Numbered from the stretch's first letter, positions 17,577-26,244 are shown. The stretch: DNA of 43,701 nt from Alphaproteobacteria bacterium (GCA_027005635.1 JALTLI010000139.1:1-43701), one strand, 5' to 3'. Translations and numbers: made by a program. Notes: a model not told the origin generated them from the letters alone.

Positions 17577-17698
17577 GGGCTACCTTCTGGCTGCTTTTTA
17601 GCTAACACAGGCTTATAATGCCCCTAATATAGAACATATCACATAAAAAGGGAATAGGGCAGGGCTTGACAAAGGCAAAAAATTACCGAAAAAACCCG

Positions 17699-18517
17699 CT
17701 AATTCAGCTCTATCACGGGTTCTGCCACACACCTACACTGAATATCTTCCCCCGGATGCCCTGTATCAGCCGGTGGATCATTCCATTTAAACCGCTTGCC
17801 ATTCTTTGATCTGTGGCTTTCCCTTACCCTTTCATCTGATGATGTACGCCAGATATATTCCTTGATACCTAGATTTTTTTGCCGCCCCTGTGTGATAGCT
17901 GCATTAACTTTTTGTGTCTGATCACGGGCAATTAATTTAGCTCTTTTCTTTGTACTGTGGCCTAATTTTAATATCTCTTTAATAATGCCACCTGAAGATT
18001 TTCCACGCATAGTGCCCTGACTGATAATAGTGTTTAGCTTTTTAAAATATTCATCAGGAATAGATTTTATTAAACTTACATTATCACTAATTGAACTGGT
18101 TAATAATGGCTGAAGCCCTTCTTCTGAAATAATGCCATTCAAATTAACACCTGTAGCATTTTGCAGGGCTTTATAAAAACGCTTTTTATTTTTCTCATTA
18201 ATACCACTCACCATTTCCGCTGAAATTAATTTAGCTTGCCGTGTGATATTGTTCCATCTTGCGGCCAAATTAAAAATGGTATTACTCAAAACTTCGGCAT
18301 AATTATCTTGAATATAATCAGCTTCAAGCCTCTTTAATGATTCAAATAATTCAGCTTTTGTTTGTTGAATTAAATCATTAGCAATGGCCTGAAGATCCCG
18401 ATTGTATTTTGCCTGAATGGATCTATCTTGTTTAACCCCACGGGCTATTTTTTCTTTATTTAATCTTCTGGCTTTATTTTGTTTAAGCCGTTCTTTAATT
18501 GGGATAGGTGCTAACAT
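17699..18517 (-). CDS. Mu gpF / SPP1 gp7-like head morphogenesis (minor capsid) protein
   Basis: The C-terminal hallmark 'HRSKNGKRFKWNDPPADTGHPGEDIQCRCVAEPV' is present. Directly follows the portal gene. Confidence 0.85.
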   Translation of the reverse strand: MLAPIPIKERLKQNKARRLNKEKIARGVKQDRSIQAKYNRDLQAIANDLIQQTKAELFESLKRLEADYIQDNYAEVLSNTIFNLAARWNNITRQAKLISAEMVSGINEKNKKRFYKALQNATGVNLNGIISEEGLQPLLTSSISDNVSLIKSIPDEYFKKLNTIISQGTMRGKSSGGIIKEILKLGHSTKKRAKLIARDQTQKVNAAITQGRQKNLGIKEYIWRTSSDERVRESHRSKNGKRFKWNDPPADTGHPGEDIQCRCVAEPVIELN

Positions 18518-18519
18518 AT

Positions 18520-19965
18520 TTATTCACCTTTTAGATCTTCATCTAATTCCTGTTCAGAATCTTCTTTATCAGACTCATTATCATCAGGCATATCTTCAGA
18601 ATTTTCTTCTTCTAATGTTTCACCTTCATTATTAGCTTCATCTTCCTTTTCAAATTCTTCTATTTCTTCAATATCTTCCTGTGTGATATTTGAATAAGTT
18701 CCTTCTTGCTGTAATTGTTTAGCAACAGTAGAAACTTTTACTACACCCATATCCACATAAATCTGATCTGATTGCGCCCCTTTTAATTTAATATCTGCCT
18801 GCTGTGTTCCCGTTAGTTGCCAGAGTGGGTTAAAAGAATAATCCATTTGTTCAGGATTTATACCCATGTGCCGGGCAAAAATAGCATCAAATTTTTCCAA
18901 TAATGGCCGAAACTCAAATTCTTGTTTTTCACGAACATGATCATAAAAGTTTATTAAATCACTTTCCCCGGTAGCATTCATTCCTACAGGTGCTTTACCA
19001 AATAAACGGGTAGCCGGAATATCAGAAGCAGCACTAATAATAGTCATGAATCTATCCAGCATATCCGGGATACCTGAAAAAGTTACATTATGTTTTTCAT
19101 ATTCTTCTTCAGAATCAAGTAATGTAATATTATTATTAGCTTTTAAAATCTTTGCTAAAAAGAACCGATCAGTTAAAGCCCTTTCACCTTCTGTAGAACT
19201 TAACATAGTCATTAAATTTTTAACTTTAATGACATCTACATTAGTTTCAAATAAAAGTGAAGCTGAAGAATCATTAGCAATATTGGCATTAATTAAGGCT
19301 TCGTATATCCGGTTTATGATTGAATCATGCCAGTAGCGGTTTCTTTGTAATTCATTAAATGGTAAAAGCTGACCATCAAAACGTAGAACACGGGTATGAT
19401 GTATTTCTACCGTAGTTCTTGCTAATCGGTATGTCTCTGGCTTTAAAAAATTATCAGCCATTGGATCTGTTTGATTAAGTTTTACAAATTGGGCATTTTC
19501 AGCATCATATACCTGAAGTGATTTTATAGAACCCTCCTTAACCATATTCAAATCTAAGGGTTCATGGGGTTCACCTGTGCCTTCAATGTTCATAACTATC
19601 AAAGCCCCACCATATAAACGCGCCCATTTTTTAGCTTCATTAAACAGGTATTTAATTCGTAAACGGTTTTCTTCTTTAGTTAATTTCTCAACTACATCAG
19701 AATCCATTTCTGAATCATTAAATTGTCGCCATTCCCTTGTCATTTCATCCGGGATAATATCTACAATTTTTCCGGCTATCCAATCTTCACGATAAAGGGC
19801 TTCCAGTTGTGCCCTATCTAAACGGCCTTTTCCTGTGAATGTAGATTGCCGCCTTTTATCATTTCCTGTATTCATGTTAGCCACAAGATTAGTTAAAGTA
19901 TCAGCTAATGCCTGATGTTTTACTGAATCACTGATAGGGGTGATATTTTCGTTTTTAACTGTCAT
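18520..19965 (-). CDS. Portal protein
   Basis: 481 aa between the terminase and the Mu-F-like gene, with an acidic C-terminal tail. Confidence 0.8.
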   Translation of the reverse strand: MTVKNENITPISDSVKHQALADTLTNLVANMNTGNDKRRQSTFTGKGRLDRAQLEALYREDWIAGKIVDIIPDEMTREWRQFNDSEMDSDVVEKLTKEENRLRIKYLFNEAKKWARLYGGALIVMNIEGTGEPHEPLDLNMVKEGSIKSLQVYDAENAQFVKLNQTDPMADNFLKPETYRLARTTVEIHHTRVLRFDGQLLPFNELQRNRYWHDSIINRIYEALINANIANDSSASLLFETNVDVIKVKNLMTMLSSTEGERALTDRFFLAKILKANNNITLLDSEEEYEKHNVTFSGIPDMLDRFMTIISAASDIPATRLFGKAPVGMNATGESDLINFYDHVREKQEFEFRPLLEKFDAIFARHMGINPEQMDYSFNPLWQLTGTQQADIKLKGAQSDQIYVDMGVVKVSTVAKQLQQEGTYSNITQEDIEEIEEFEKEDEANNEGETLEEENSEDMPDDNESDKEDSEQELDEDLKGE

Positions 19966-19967
19966 GA

Positions 19968-20102
19968 TTATCTACCTTTTGATTTAGATTTATTCTGCTG
20001 TGCTTTAATTGCCCTTCCTTGTGCTTCTGCTTTCTCAAGTGCGTAAGCCCCTGTATAACAAAATCCATTTTTACCTTCTCTTTCACATTGTTGAAATGGC
20101 AT
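19968..20102 (-). CDS. Unannotated 44-aa basic ORF between terL and portal
   Basis: MPFQQCEREGKNGFCYTGAYALEKAEAQGRAIKAQQNKSKSKGR. Its ATG is 1 nt after the terL stop and its TAA is 2 nt before the portal ATG. Below the ORF-track cut-off. Confidence 0.4.
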   Translation of the reverse strand: MPFQQCEREGKNGFCYTGAYALEKAEAQGRAIKAQQNKSKSKGR

Positions 20103-20103
20103 T

Positions 20104-21627
20104 TTAAATAGCTCCCAAATACATATTATTGGCTTCTACAAGCATATCCTGAATGGCATCCATCATAGGATCTATCTGATCATCATTTTTGTGTGTCATT
20201 AATGGTGTAAACTTTCTACATTCACTTAAAAAATCACTTAACCATTCAGCATCTTCAGGCAACCACACATTACCTGATGCTATCTGTGGTACTACATCCA
20301 TAGCCCGGACTACTTTACCTTTACTTCTATCAATCCCTTCAATCGGTATATTGTGTTTTCTTGTAATAGTCTGAACAAGCCCTGATCCTGAACTCTTTTT
20401 TTCCACTAATGCTTTTTGAACACCGATTAAATTATTTTTGTGCTTATATTTATGCTTATTCCAAAATGCTACAAAAGCTGTTTCTAATTCAGGTGTTTCC
20501 AATTTTTCTTTAAATAAATCTATTAATAAAATGCCTTTGGTCGGTGAATACGCCCAACATTGGAAACAAGTGTAATCGTTATGCTCCCCTTTTTCTTGTG
20601 CTGTATCACAGTAAATACGCTTAAATAAAATATCTTTGGGTAGTGCATTAGAATTATAATATTTCCAAAATTCATCTTTAAATATTGATCCACCTTTAGG
20701 GCTTGGCTTCTGTTCATACTGTGAAGCAAAAGTATAAGGATCTGCTTTTTCCATTGCCCTTATATCTTCTTCCGTGTGTTTCATTTTCCATAACGCGCCG
20801 GGTGGTAGGTTATATTCTATCGGTATTCCATGTGTATATTCATGTGGATACCAGTGTTTGACAGGTGCATCAGGAATATCTACAGGTAGCATTAAATGAT
20901 GCCATTTTTCACCTGTACCCCCGGTTAATAAAAATCCACTGGGATCATCTTCATGAACCCTTTGCATAATTAAAATAATAGGGGTATCTGATTCAAGGGC
21001 GAGCCGGGACTTAAATGTATTCATGAATCGGTTATTAATACGGTTCCTGATTGGCTCCTTATAAGCATCATCTGGTTTTATAGGATCATCTATTATCAAT
21101 GCCCCAGTAAACTTGTCCTGTTCCATTCTACCAGCCCTGAAGCCTGTCACCTGACCCCCGGCTGAAGTAGCATATAATCCACCTCCCTGTTCTGTGTACC
21201 ATTTCTTTTTAGAGCTAACATCGTTCCTTATAGCCATAGGAAACAGTTCTTGATATTCGGGGCTTTTAACTGTGTCCCTAACAAGTGTACTGTTCCACAA
21301 GGCTAAATCATCAGAATATGACAGGTGCATAAATAAAGCCTGTGGATTGATTGCTAAACCACGAGCAATAAAATTTACCACTGCTTCTTCTGTTTTTGTA
21401 TAACCGGGTGGGATGTTAATTATTAAACGCTTAATTTTTAAATCCAAAACTTTTTGTAAAGTATCAGCTACTATATGGTGGTGTGCATTAACCATAAATT
21501 TACGAGCTTCACGCTTCTTAAAAAAATAACGTGAAAAATGCAGCCCGGATCTGGGAAGCAAGTATTTAAGCATCCTTTTATCTTGAATTGTGTTTATATC
21601 AATACTCATGTTTAAACACTCTTTCAA
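20104..21627 (-). CDS. terL: Terminase large subunit
   Basis: 507 aa. It has an ATPase core with a Walker-B-like 'ALIIDDPIKPDDA' and a C-terminal nuclease-like part ('IYCDTAQ', 'DQIDPMMDAI'). An alternative start at 21609 is possible. Confidence 0.85.
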   Translation of the reverse strand: MKECLNMSIDINTIQDKRMLKYLLPRSGLHFSRYFFKKREARKFMVNAHHHIVADTLQKVLDLKIKRLIINIPPGYTKTEEAVVNFIARGLAINPQALFMHLSYSDDLALWNSTLVRDTVKSPEYQELFPMAIRNDVSSKKKWYTEQGGGLYATSAGGQVTGFRAGRMEQDKFTGALIIDDPIKPDDAYKEPIRNRINNRFMNTFKSRLALESDTPIILIMQRVHEDDPSGFLLTGGTGEKWHHLMLPVDIPDAPVKHWYPHEYTHGIPIEYNLPPGALWKMKHTEEDIRAMEKADPYTFASQYEQKPSPKGGSIFKDEFWKYYNSNALPKDILFKRIYCDTAQEKGEHNDYTCFQCWAYSPTKGILLIDLFKEKLETPELETAFVAFWNKHKYKHKNNLIGVQKALVEKKSSGSGLVQTITRKHNIPIEGIDRSKGKVVRAMDVVPQIASGNVWLPEDAEWLSDFLSECRKFTPLMTHKNDDQIDPMMDAIQDMLVEANNMYLGAI

Positions 21628-22012
21628 AACGCTTTATTTCAGCTCGGCTTAATTCAGTGATTTCCCCACTTGCTGACTTATCAGTTATCTCTACCGATTT
21701 TTTCTTATTGTGTTGGTATTCTAAAAGTGTTTTGGCTGCATCCCTGCTTACCGCTCTTTCCACTGGTAAAAATCTATGTTCATTTTTAATCAGTTCTACC
21801 AGTTCATCCCACTCAAAAGTATCGGGGGGTTCATCCCCATTAATATTTTCATGATTCAAAATCCACTGATAGACAAGGCTATGCCCCCGCAAATCTTCAC
21901 CATTAGCGAAGCCCAACAGTAAAGTTAGTGGATCTATAAAACCATATTCATCTGCAACTTTTTGTAGTTGTTCATCAAGTTGCATAAAATTAAATTGTTG
22001 AGCCTTGCCCAT
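21599..22012 (-). CDS. Terminase small subunit (putative)
   Basis: 137 aa, first gene of the late arm, overlapping the terL start. Assigned by position only. Confidence 0.5.
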   Translation of the reverse strand: MGKAQQFNFMQLDEQLQKVADEYGFIDPLTLLLGFANGEDLRGHSLVYQWILNHENINGDEPPDTFEWDELVELIKNEHRFLPVERAVSRDAAKTLLEYQHNKKKSVEITDKSASGEITELSRAEIKRFERVFKHEY

Positions 22013-22094
22013 TCAGGATAGCCTTTTATTATCAAGTACATATATGGTAGCAGGGAATAACTGTATATACCACATATAGGGGGGTTCAGGTGCT

Positions 22095-22121
22095 AATATA
22101 CCATTTCGTTCTAATTGTCAA
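22095..22121 (-). promoter_or_regulatory. Candidate late-arm promoter (TTGACA-N15-TATATT, or N17-TATTAG)
   Basis: Minus strand reads cccTTGACAattagaacgaaatggTATATTag, about 85-110 nt upstream of the terS ATG. The leader contains the palindrome GTATATAC (22063-22070). Confidence 0.4.
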
Positions 22122-22186
22122 GGGTTCGGAAAATACCTTTTTAAATCTGACTCTATAAAAATATGCAATTTAAAGAAAAGTGATAT

Positions 22187-22284
22187 GTTCCGTACTGTTC
22201 CTTACTCATATCCGTACTATTTTTGCTAAGTTATTGATTTTATTAAGGGGTAGATCCGAACTATCCTTATTATCCTTATTTTTT
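22187..22284. repeat. Left arm of a ~100-nt modular inverted repeat carrying TCCTTA/TCCGTA iterons
   Basis: Perfect blocks at 22196-22208, 22225-22242 and 22262-22280 are reverse complements of 22453-22465, 22430-22447 and 22392-22410. Confidence 0.9.
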
Positions 22285-22387
22285 CATTTCTATAGGAAAA
22301 AACCATTTTGTGGGGTGGGATTTTGCCTTTAAATTGCTTTAATTTTCAAAAAATACCCCTAAAAATCTACTTTTTCCCACTGAACTT

Positions 22388-22489
22388 AAAAAATAAGGAT
22401 AATAAGGATAATAAGGATATAGGTACTTATAAAATCAATAACTTAGCTACTTTGAGTAAGGAACAAGTAAGGATACAGTAAGGAACAGA
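22388..22489. repeat. Right arm of the inverted repeat: 3x AATAAGGAT (9-nt period) plus 3x GTAAGGA(A/T)ACA (11-nt period)
   Basis: aaTAAGGAtaaTAAGGAtaaTAAGGAtat ... gagTAAGGAacaagTAAGGAtacagTAAGGAacag, read directly. Confidence 0.9.
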
Positions 22490-22593
22490 CACATAAAATT
22501 AAAACACACCACCACCATTATATAAATCATATACTTACATTAAATTTAGTGCTATAGTTACGCTTCTTTACTCCTATTTAAAGGTTTTTTAGC

Positions 22594-22905
22594 ATGAAAA
22601 ACGAAAATGAAAAAATACGAAAATTAAAGGAACTCAAAAAATGCTTTAAACGAGAGCCAAAAAGAGTAATTAAGGTGATAAATAGGCATGAATCGAATAG
22701 AAATAGGCTCTTTACTTCTCGACAAGCGGCACATTTTTTAGGGTTTAGACCAGACTATCTTGCCAAGTTGCGAATATCTGGATTAAGCCCACAGTATAAA
22801 AAGCTGAATGGCCGAGTGTATTACAGAAAGATTGATTTAGTAAGATGGGTAATGAATTTACCTACTTTTACCTGTACAGCAGAAGAAAAAGAAGTTGAAG
22901 ATTAG
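22594..22905 (+). CDS. Xis/AlpA/MerR-type winged-helix DNA-binding protein (first early gene)
   Basis: 'LFTSRQAAHFLGFRPDYLAKLRISGLSPQYKKLNGRVYYRKIDLVRWV' fits the excisionase-type HTH_17 pattern. Confidence 0.65.
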   Translation: MKNENEKIRKLKELKKCFKREPKRVIKVINRHESNRNRLFTSRQAAHFLGFRPDYLAKLRISGLSPQYKKLNGRVYYRKIDLVRWVMNLPTFTCTAEEKEVED

Positions 22906-22961
22906 AATATTTGCAATACCACAGGATCGGGGCTATATTTAGTACCCTGATAAATTAAGTA

Positions 22962-22989
22962 TTGCAATCAGTAATTTTTTGTATATACT
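22962..22989 (+). promoter_or_regulatory. Class-II promoter TTGCAA-N16-TATACT containing the palindrome GTATATAC
   Basis: ttgcaatcagtaattttttgtatatactttaat is near-identical to 31710-31740 and shares gtatatactttaat with 32543-32556. Confidence 0.55.
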
Positions 22990-23164
22990 TTAATTTCCAA
23001 CTCTGAAATATAAACAAATAAATGAAGGGGGTGATTGTTATGTGTGAACAAGGTAAGGAAGCTACCCAAAGTTCACTACTCACATAAAATGCCAATAGAA
23101 AACAATAGCGAAAAAATCCCGTCCTACCTTTTATTTATTTTTAGCACTCTAAATTAGGGCGGGG

Positions 23165-23203
23165 TTTTTAAAACAAACTTATAAAGAGAGATAAATAAAA
23201 TGC
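23165..23203 (+). repeat. 39-nt perfect direct repeat (leader + RBS + ATG), copy 1
   Basis: tttttaaaacaaacttataaagagagataaataaaatgc is identical at 23615-23653. Confidence 0.95.
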
Positions 23204-23607
23204 AAATTAATCTACCAAGTATAGAAATAAATACATTATTATCAAATCCAAAATTCAAAGAAGAATTAGAAGAAAGTATAGCATATTGTATTGAGACATT
23301 AATATCTGAATCCGAATCCTGTTGGGATATAGCCAGAGAAATGTTAAAAGATGAAAGAGTTGCGGCTATCGTAAAAACTGAAATTGAAAATGAGATGAAA
23401 ACCAATATATCTAAATATGTTAAGGAAGCAGTAGATAAACATGTTTCTAATGTTGTTAAAAAAATTACAGTTAATACGTTAGATGATAAGGTAACTGATG
23501 CTATTAATAAGGAAATTACTTATTTTCTTAATAAAGAAATTCCTGATAACTTAGCTAATATTAAATTAGAAGTATCTAAATTAATTAGAAATTACAGAGT
23601 TTTTTAA
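23200..23607 (+). CDS. Hypothetical early protein (135 aa, helical, Glu/Lys-rich)
   Basis: ORF track. Preceded by the conserved GA-rich leader. Confidence 0.6.
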   Translation: MQINLPSIEINTLLSNPKFKEELEESIAYCIETLISESESCWDIAREMLKDERVAAIVKTEIENEMKTNISKYVKEAVDKHVSNVVKKITVNTLDDKVTDAINKEITYFLNKEIPDNLANIKLEVSKLIRNYRVF

Positions 23608-23614
23608 TATACTA

Positions 23615-23653
23615 TTTTTAAAACAAACTTATAAAGAGAGATAAATAAAATGC
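23615..23653 (+). repeat. 39-nt perfect direct repeat, copy 2
   Basis: Identical to 23165-23203. Confidence 0.95.
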
Positions 23654-23832
23654 TTACTGAACAAAATCAAAACCGAATTGAACTCACTGATGAAATCACT
23701 AAAATCCTAATTGATAATGCTGTTAAACAGATTAATGAAAAATATAGTAATAACTACCATCAGCAGAACCCCCACCTTTTAAGCACATTCATAGAACTGC
23801 AAAAAACTATTTATTTATCTACACTTTCTTAA
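23650..23832 (+). CDS. Hypothetical early protein (60 aa)
   Basis: ORF track. It has the same leader as the previous gene. Confidence 0.55.
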   Translation: MLTEQNQNRIELTDEITKILIDNAVKQINEKYSNNYHQQNPHLLSTFIELQKTIYLSTLS

Positions 23833-23854
23833 CCTACATGTTTATAGGTTTTTT
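23831..23854 (+). terminator. Weak intrinsic terminator
   Basis: AACCTA-catgttta-TAGGTT followed by TTTT. Confidence 0.35.
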
Positions 23855-23878
23855 ATAAAAATAAAAAGAGTGTGATAA

Positions 23879-26239
23879 ATGAAGAAAGTAATAATTTCAT
23901 TAGGTCAATCTGTTTATAGAAACAGAATTAAGCAGCAGGAAATATCTGTAAAGGATTTATTTAGGAAATTATCTTTACCTGATATTAGGACTGAAAAAGA
24001 TGGTGCTTATTTTATATTTGCATCATTCACGAAAAATATTAGAAATGCTGTTAATGTAGATAAATATTATGGGGCTACTATTGATCTGGATAATACCCCA
24101 CTCGCTATATCTGAAGTACAGGAACTATTTAAAAAATATTTATACTGCATCCACACTACCCACAGCCACAAAGCCCCCGGAAAAGGTGTTAGATACCGGC
24201 TAGTATTGCCCTATCGTACCCCGCAAAGCCCTGAACGCCATGTAAACACATTATTACATATCATTAATATGTTAGGTATGGATAATGTAGATCTGTCCAG
24301 TAAGGCTTTATCCCGGCCTATGTATCTTCCGGCCTGTCCTAAAAAACGTGAAAAATATTTTAAATTTGTAGCTAATGAAAAAGGGCGGCCATTTAATCCT
24401 GACAGAATAAAACTTGATCCATCATTACAGTGGGAACTTGAGCAAAATAATTTACCGGGGCAGGTTGAACCTTTAGATATAAATAAGGAAATTTCCGAAG
24501 GGGAAAGAAATGAATCAATAGCCCGGCTTGTCGGTAAATTTATCCATAATGGAATGGATTTAGGTTTAATAGAACAATCTGCTATTGTGTGGAATGCTAC
24601 TAACTGTGTGCCCCCATTATCTGATAAAGATGTAAAAACCATTGTAAAATCGGTTTATAAAGCCCATAAAAGAAACAGCAAAGATACAGGGTGGGGATAT
24701 GATGAATTAGTAAGGCGGGTTAAAGAGAGCAAAGAACCTAAGCGGGATTATGACTTACTTATTAATCTTATATCTGGTTCACATGAAAAATTAAAGCAAT
24801 CACAGATTGAATTATTAATCCGGTTATTAAGACAAAAAACGGAAATCCCATTAAACTTAATCCGAAGTGAACTTTCAGCAGCAATAGCAGAAAAGAAAGG
24901 CATTAAGGAAGAAGAAGAAGAACTAAACACACAGAAATCTATTAAAGATCTTAAAAAGGAATTTACTGATTGGGTATATTTACGCAAAGACGATAAAATG
25001 TACAACTCAGTAAATGGGCTTGTATATAAAGTGGAAGGTTTTAATAGAATGCATAGCTCAATGATTGAAAAAGGGGCAATGCATTCTTTATTATTAAAAT
25101 TTAAGTCAGTTAAACAGGCTGATATGCTTCAGTTCAACCCATCAGAAGAACGGGTATTTAAAACAGATCACATTATATATGCTAATACCTATGTCCCACC
25201 TGAATTATTTCCAATGCCGGGAAATGTACGGCCAATGCTAAAACATTTTAAATATCTGATACCGGATGAAAGAGAAAGAAATATTATTTTAGATTTTATG
25301 GCTTTTATCATCCAGAAGCCCGGTGAAAAAATTAGATGGATGCCTGTTATAAAAGGAAGTAAAGGTATTGGTAAATCTATTATTGCTGAATTGATTTTAG
25401 CCCCATTAATCGGCATGAGTAATTTTAAACCTGTAGATTCAAAAGCAGTAAGACGGGATTTTAATAGCTGGCAGTTAGATGCACAGATAGTATGTTTTCA
25501 TGAATTAAAAATAGGTGAGACACGAAAAGAGAAAAAAGCCCTTACTGATTCACTGAAATCATTTATTGCCGATCCTACTATTCAGGCACACAGAAAAGGG
25601 CTTGATGAATATACCGTATTAAATAAGTCCAATGTTCTAGGCTTTACCAATCACGAAGATGCAATAATGATAACCCCTGATGAAAGGCGTTTCTGTATGA
25701 TTCGTTCTGAAGTTATGCCCAAATCAATTAATTATTATAACCGGCTAACAGACTGGTTAAAATCTCATAAAGAAGAAATGCTTTATTATTTCACTGAACG
25801 GGATATAAGCTGCTTCAATTATTCTACAGCACCCGAAACCGAATACACTAAAGAGATTAAAGATAGTAGCCAAATGTGGCCTACATCTATTCTTGTGGAT
25901 GCCTTGGGGGATGATCAGCACCCATTTAATACTGTAGGAGCTATGACTTGGGAAGGCATTGTAAACTTTATCCGATCTGAATCAGTAGGTAAGGATATGA
26001 TGGTAGCGGATAACCTGATTAAAGCCACATCATCACAAGGATATTTATTAATCAATGCTTTGCGGGAAATGGGCTTTAGGAAATTCAACGTAGGGAACAC
26101 TGATAGGGTGAGAATTAATAATAAACTCCATAGGGTATGGGTAGCTCCAAGGTCTGTTAGAGAGTTCAGTAAGTTATCATCTAATACAGTTGCTAAACTG
26201 CTGAAGCATGAAAAACAAATTTATGATTTTGATGAATAA
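23879..26239 (+). CDS. DNA primase / SF3 (D5/P4-alpha-like) replicative helicase
   Basis: 786 aa. N-terminal primase-like region ('IHTTHSHKAPGKGVRYRLVLPY'), a PriCT-like helix ('GERNESIARLVGKFIHNG...PPLSDKDVKTIVKSV'), Walker A 'GSKGIGKS' and Walker B-like 'IVCFHEL'. Confidence 0.8.
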   Translation: MKKVIISLGQSVYRNRIKQQEISVKDLFRKLSLPDIRTEKDGAYFIFASFTKNIRNAVNVDKYYGATIDLDNTPLAISEVQELFKKYLYCIHTTHSHKAPGKGVRYRLVLPYRTPQSPERHVNTLLHIINMLGMDNVDLSSKALSRPMYLPACPKKREKYFKFVANEKGRPFNPDRIKLDPSLQWELEQNNLPGQVEPLDINKEISEGERNESIARLVGKFIHNGMDLGLIEQSAIVWNATNCVPPLSDKDVKTIVKSVYKAHKRNSKDTGWGYDELVRRVKESKEPKRDYDLLINLISGSHEKLKQSQIELLIRLLRQKTEIPLNLIRSELSAAIAEKKGIKEEEEELNTQKSIKDLKKEFTDWVYLRKDDKMYNSVNGLVYKVEGFNRMHSSMIEKGAMHSLLLKFKSVKQADMLQFNPSEERVFKTDHIIYANTYVPPELFPMPGNVRPMLKHFKYLIPDERERNIILDFMAFIIQKPGEKIRWMPVIKGSKGIGKSIIAELILAPLIGMSNFKPVDSKAVRRDFNSWQLDAQIVCFHELKIGETRKEKKALTDSLKSFIADPTIQAHRKGLDEYTVLNKSNVLGFTNHEDAIMITPDERRFCMIRSEVMPKSINYYNRLTDWLKSHKEEMLYYFTERDISCFNYSTAPETEYTKEIKDSSQMWPTSILVDALGDDQHPFNTVGAMTWEGIVNFIRSESVGKDMMVADNLIKATSSQGYLLINALREMGFRKFNVGNTDRVRINNKLHRVWVAPRSVREFSKLSSNTVAKLLKHEKQIYDFDE

Positions 26240-26244
26240 ATAAA

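Noticed and set aside
20523-20729. 68-aa ORF in another frame inside terL, and 21588..21854 (+) antisense to terS
   Set aside because: They are embedded in or antisense to confidently assigned genes and have no independent signals.
22594-22905. Xis-type HTH as evidence for an integrative temperate lifestyle
   Set aside because: No integrase or recombinase, attP-like core next to such a gene, or tRNA fragment was found anywhere in the 43.6 kb. The fold is also used by plain transcription regulators.
23154-23405. 83-aa minus-strand ORF overlapping 23200..23607
   Set aside because: The plus-strand ORF has the conserved leader, RBS and ATG block shared with the next gene. The minus ORF runs through that regulatory block and has no signals.
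24211-26100. Four minus-strand ORFs (24211..24642, 24748..25005, 25189..25416, 25915..26100) inside the primase-helicase gene
   Set aside because: They are antisense to a 786-aa ORF with clear Walker motifs. There is no RBS, and their composition is typical of shadow frames.
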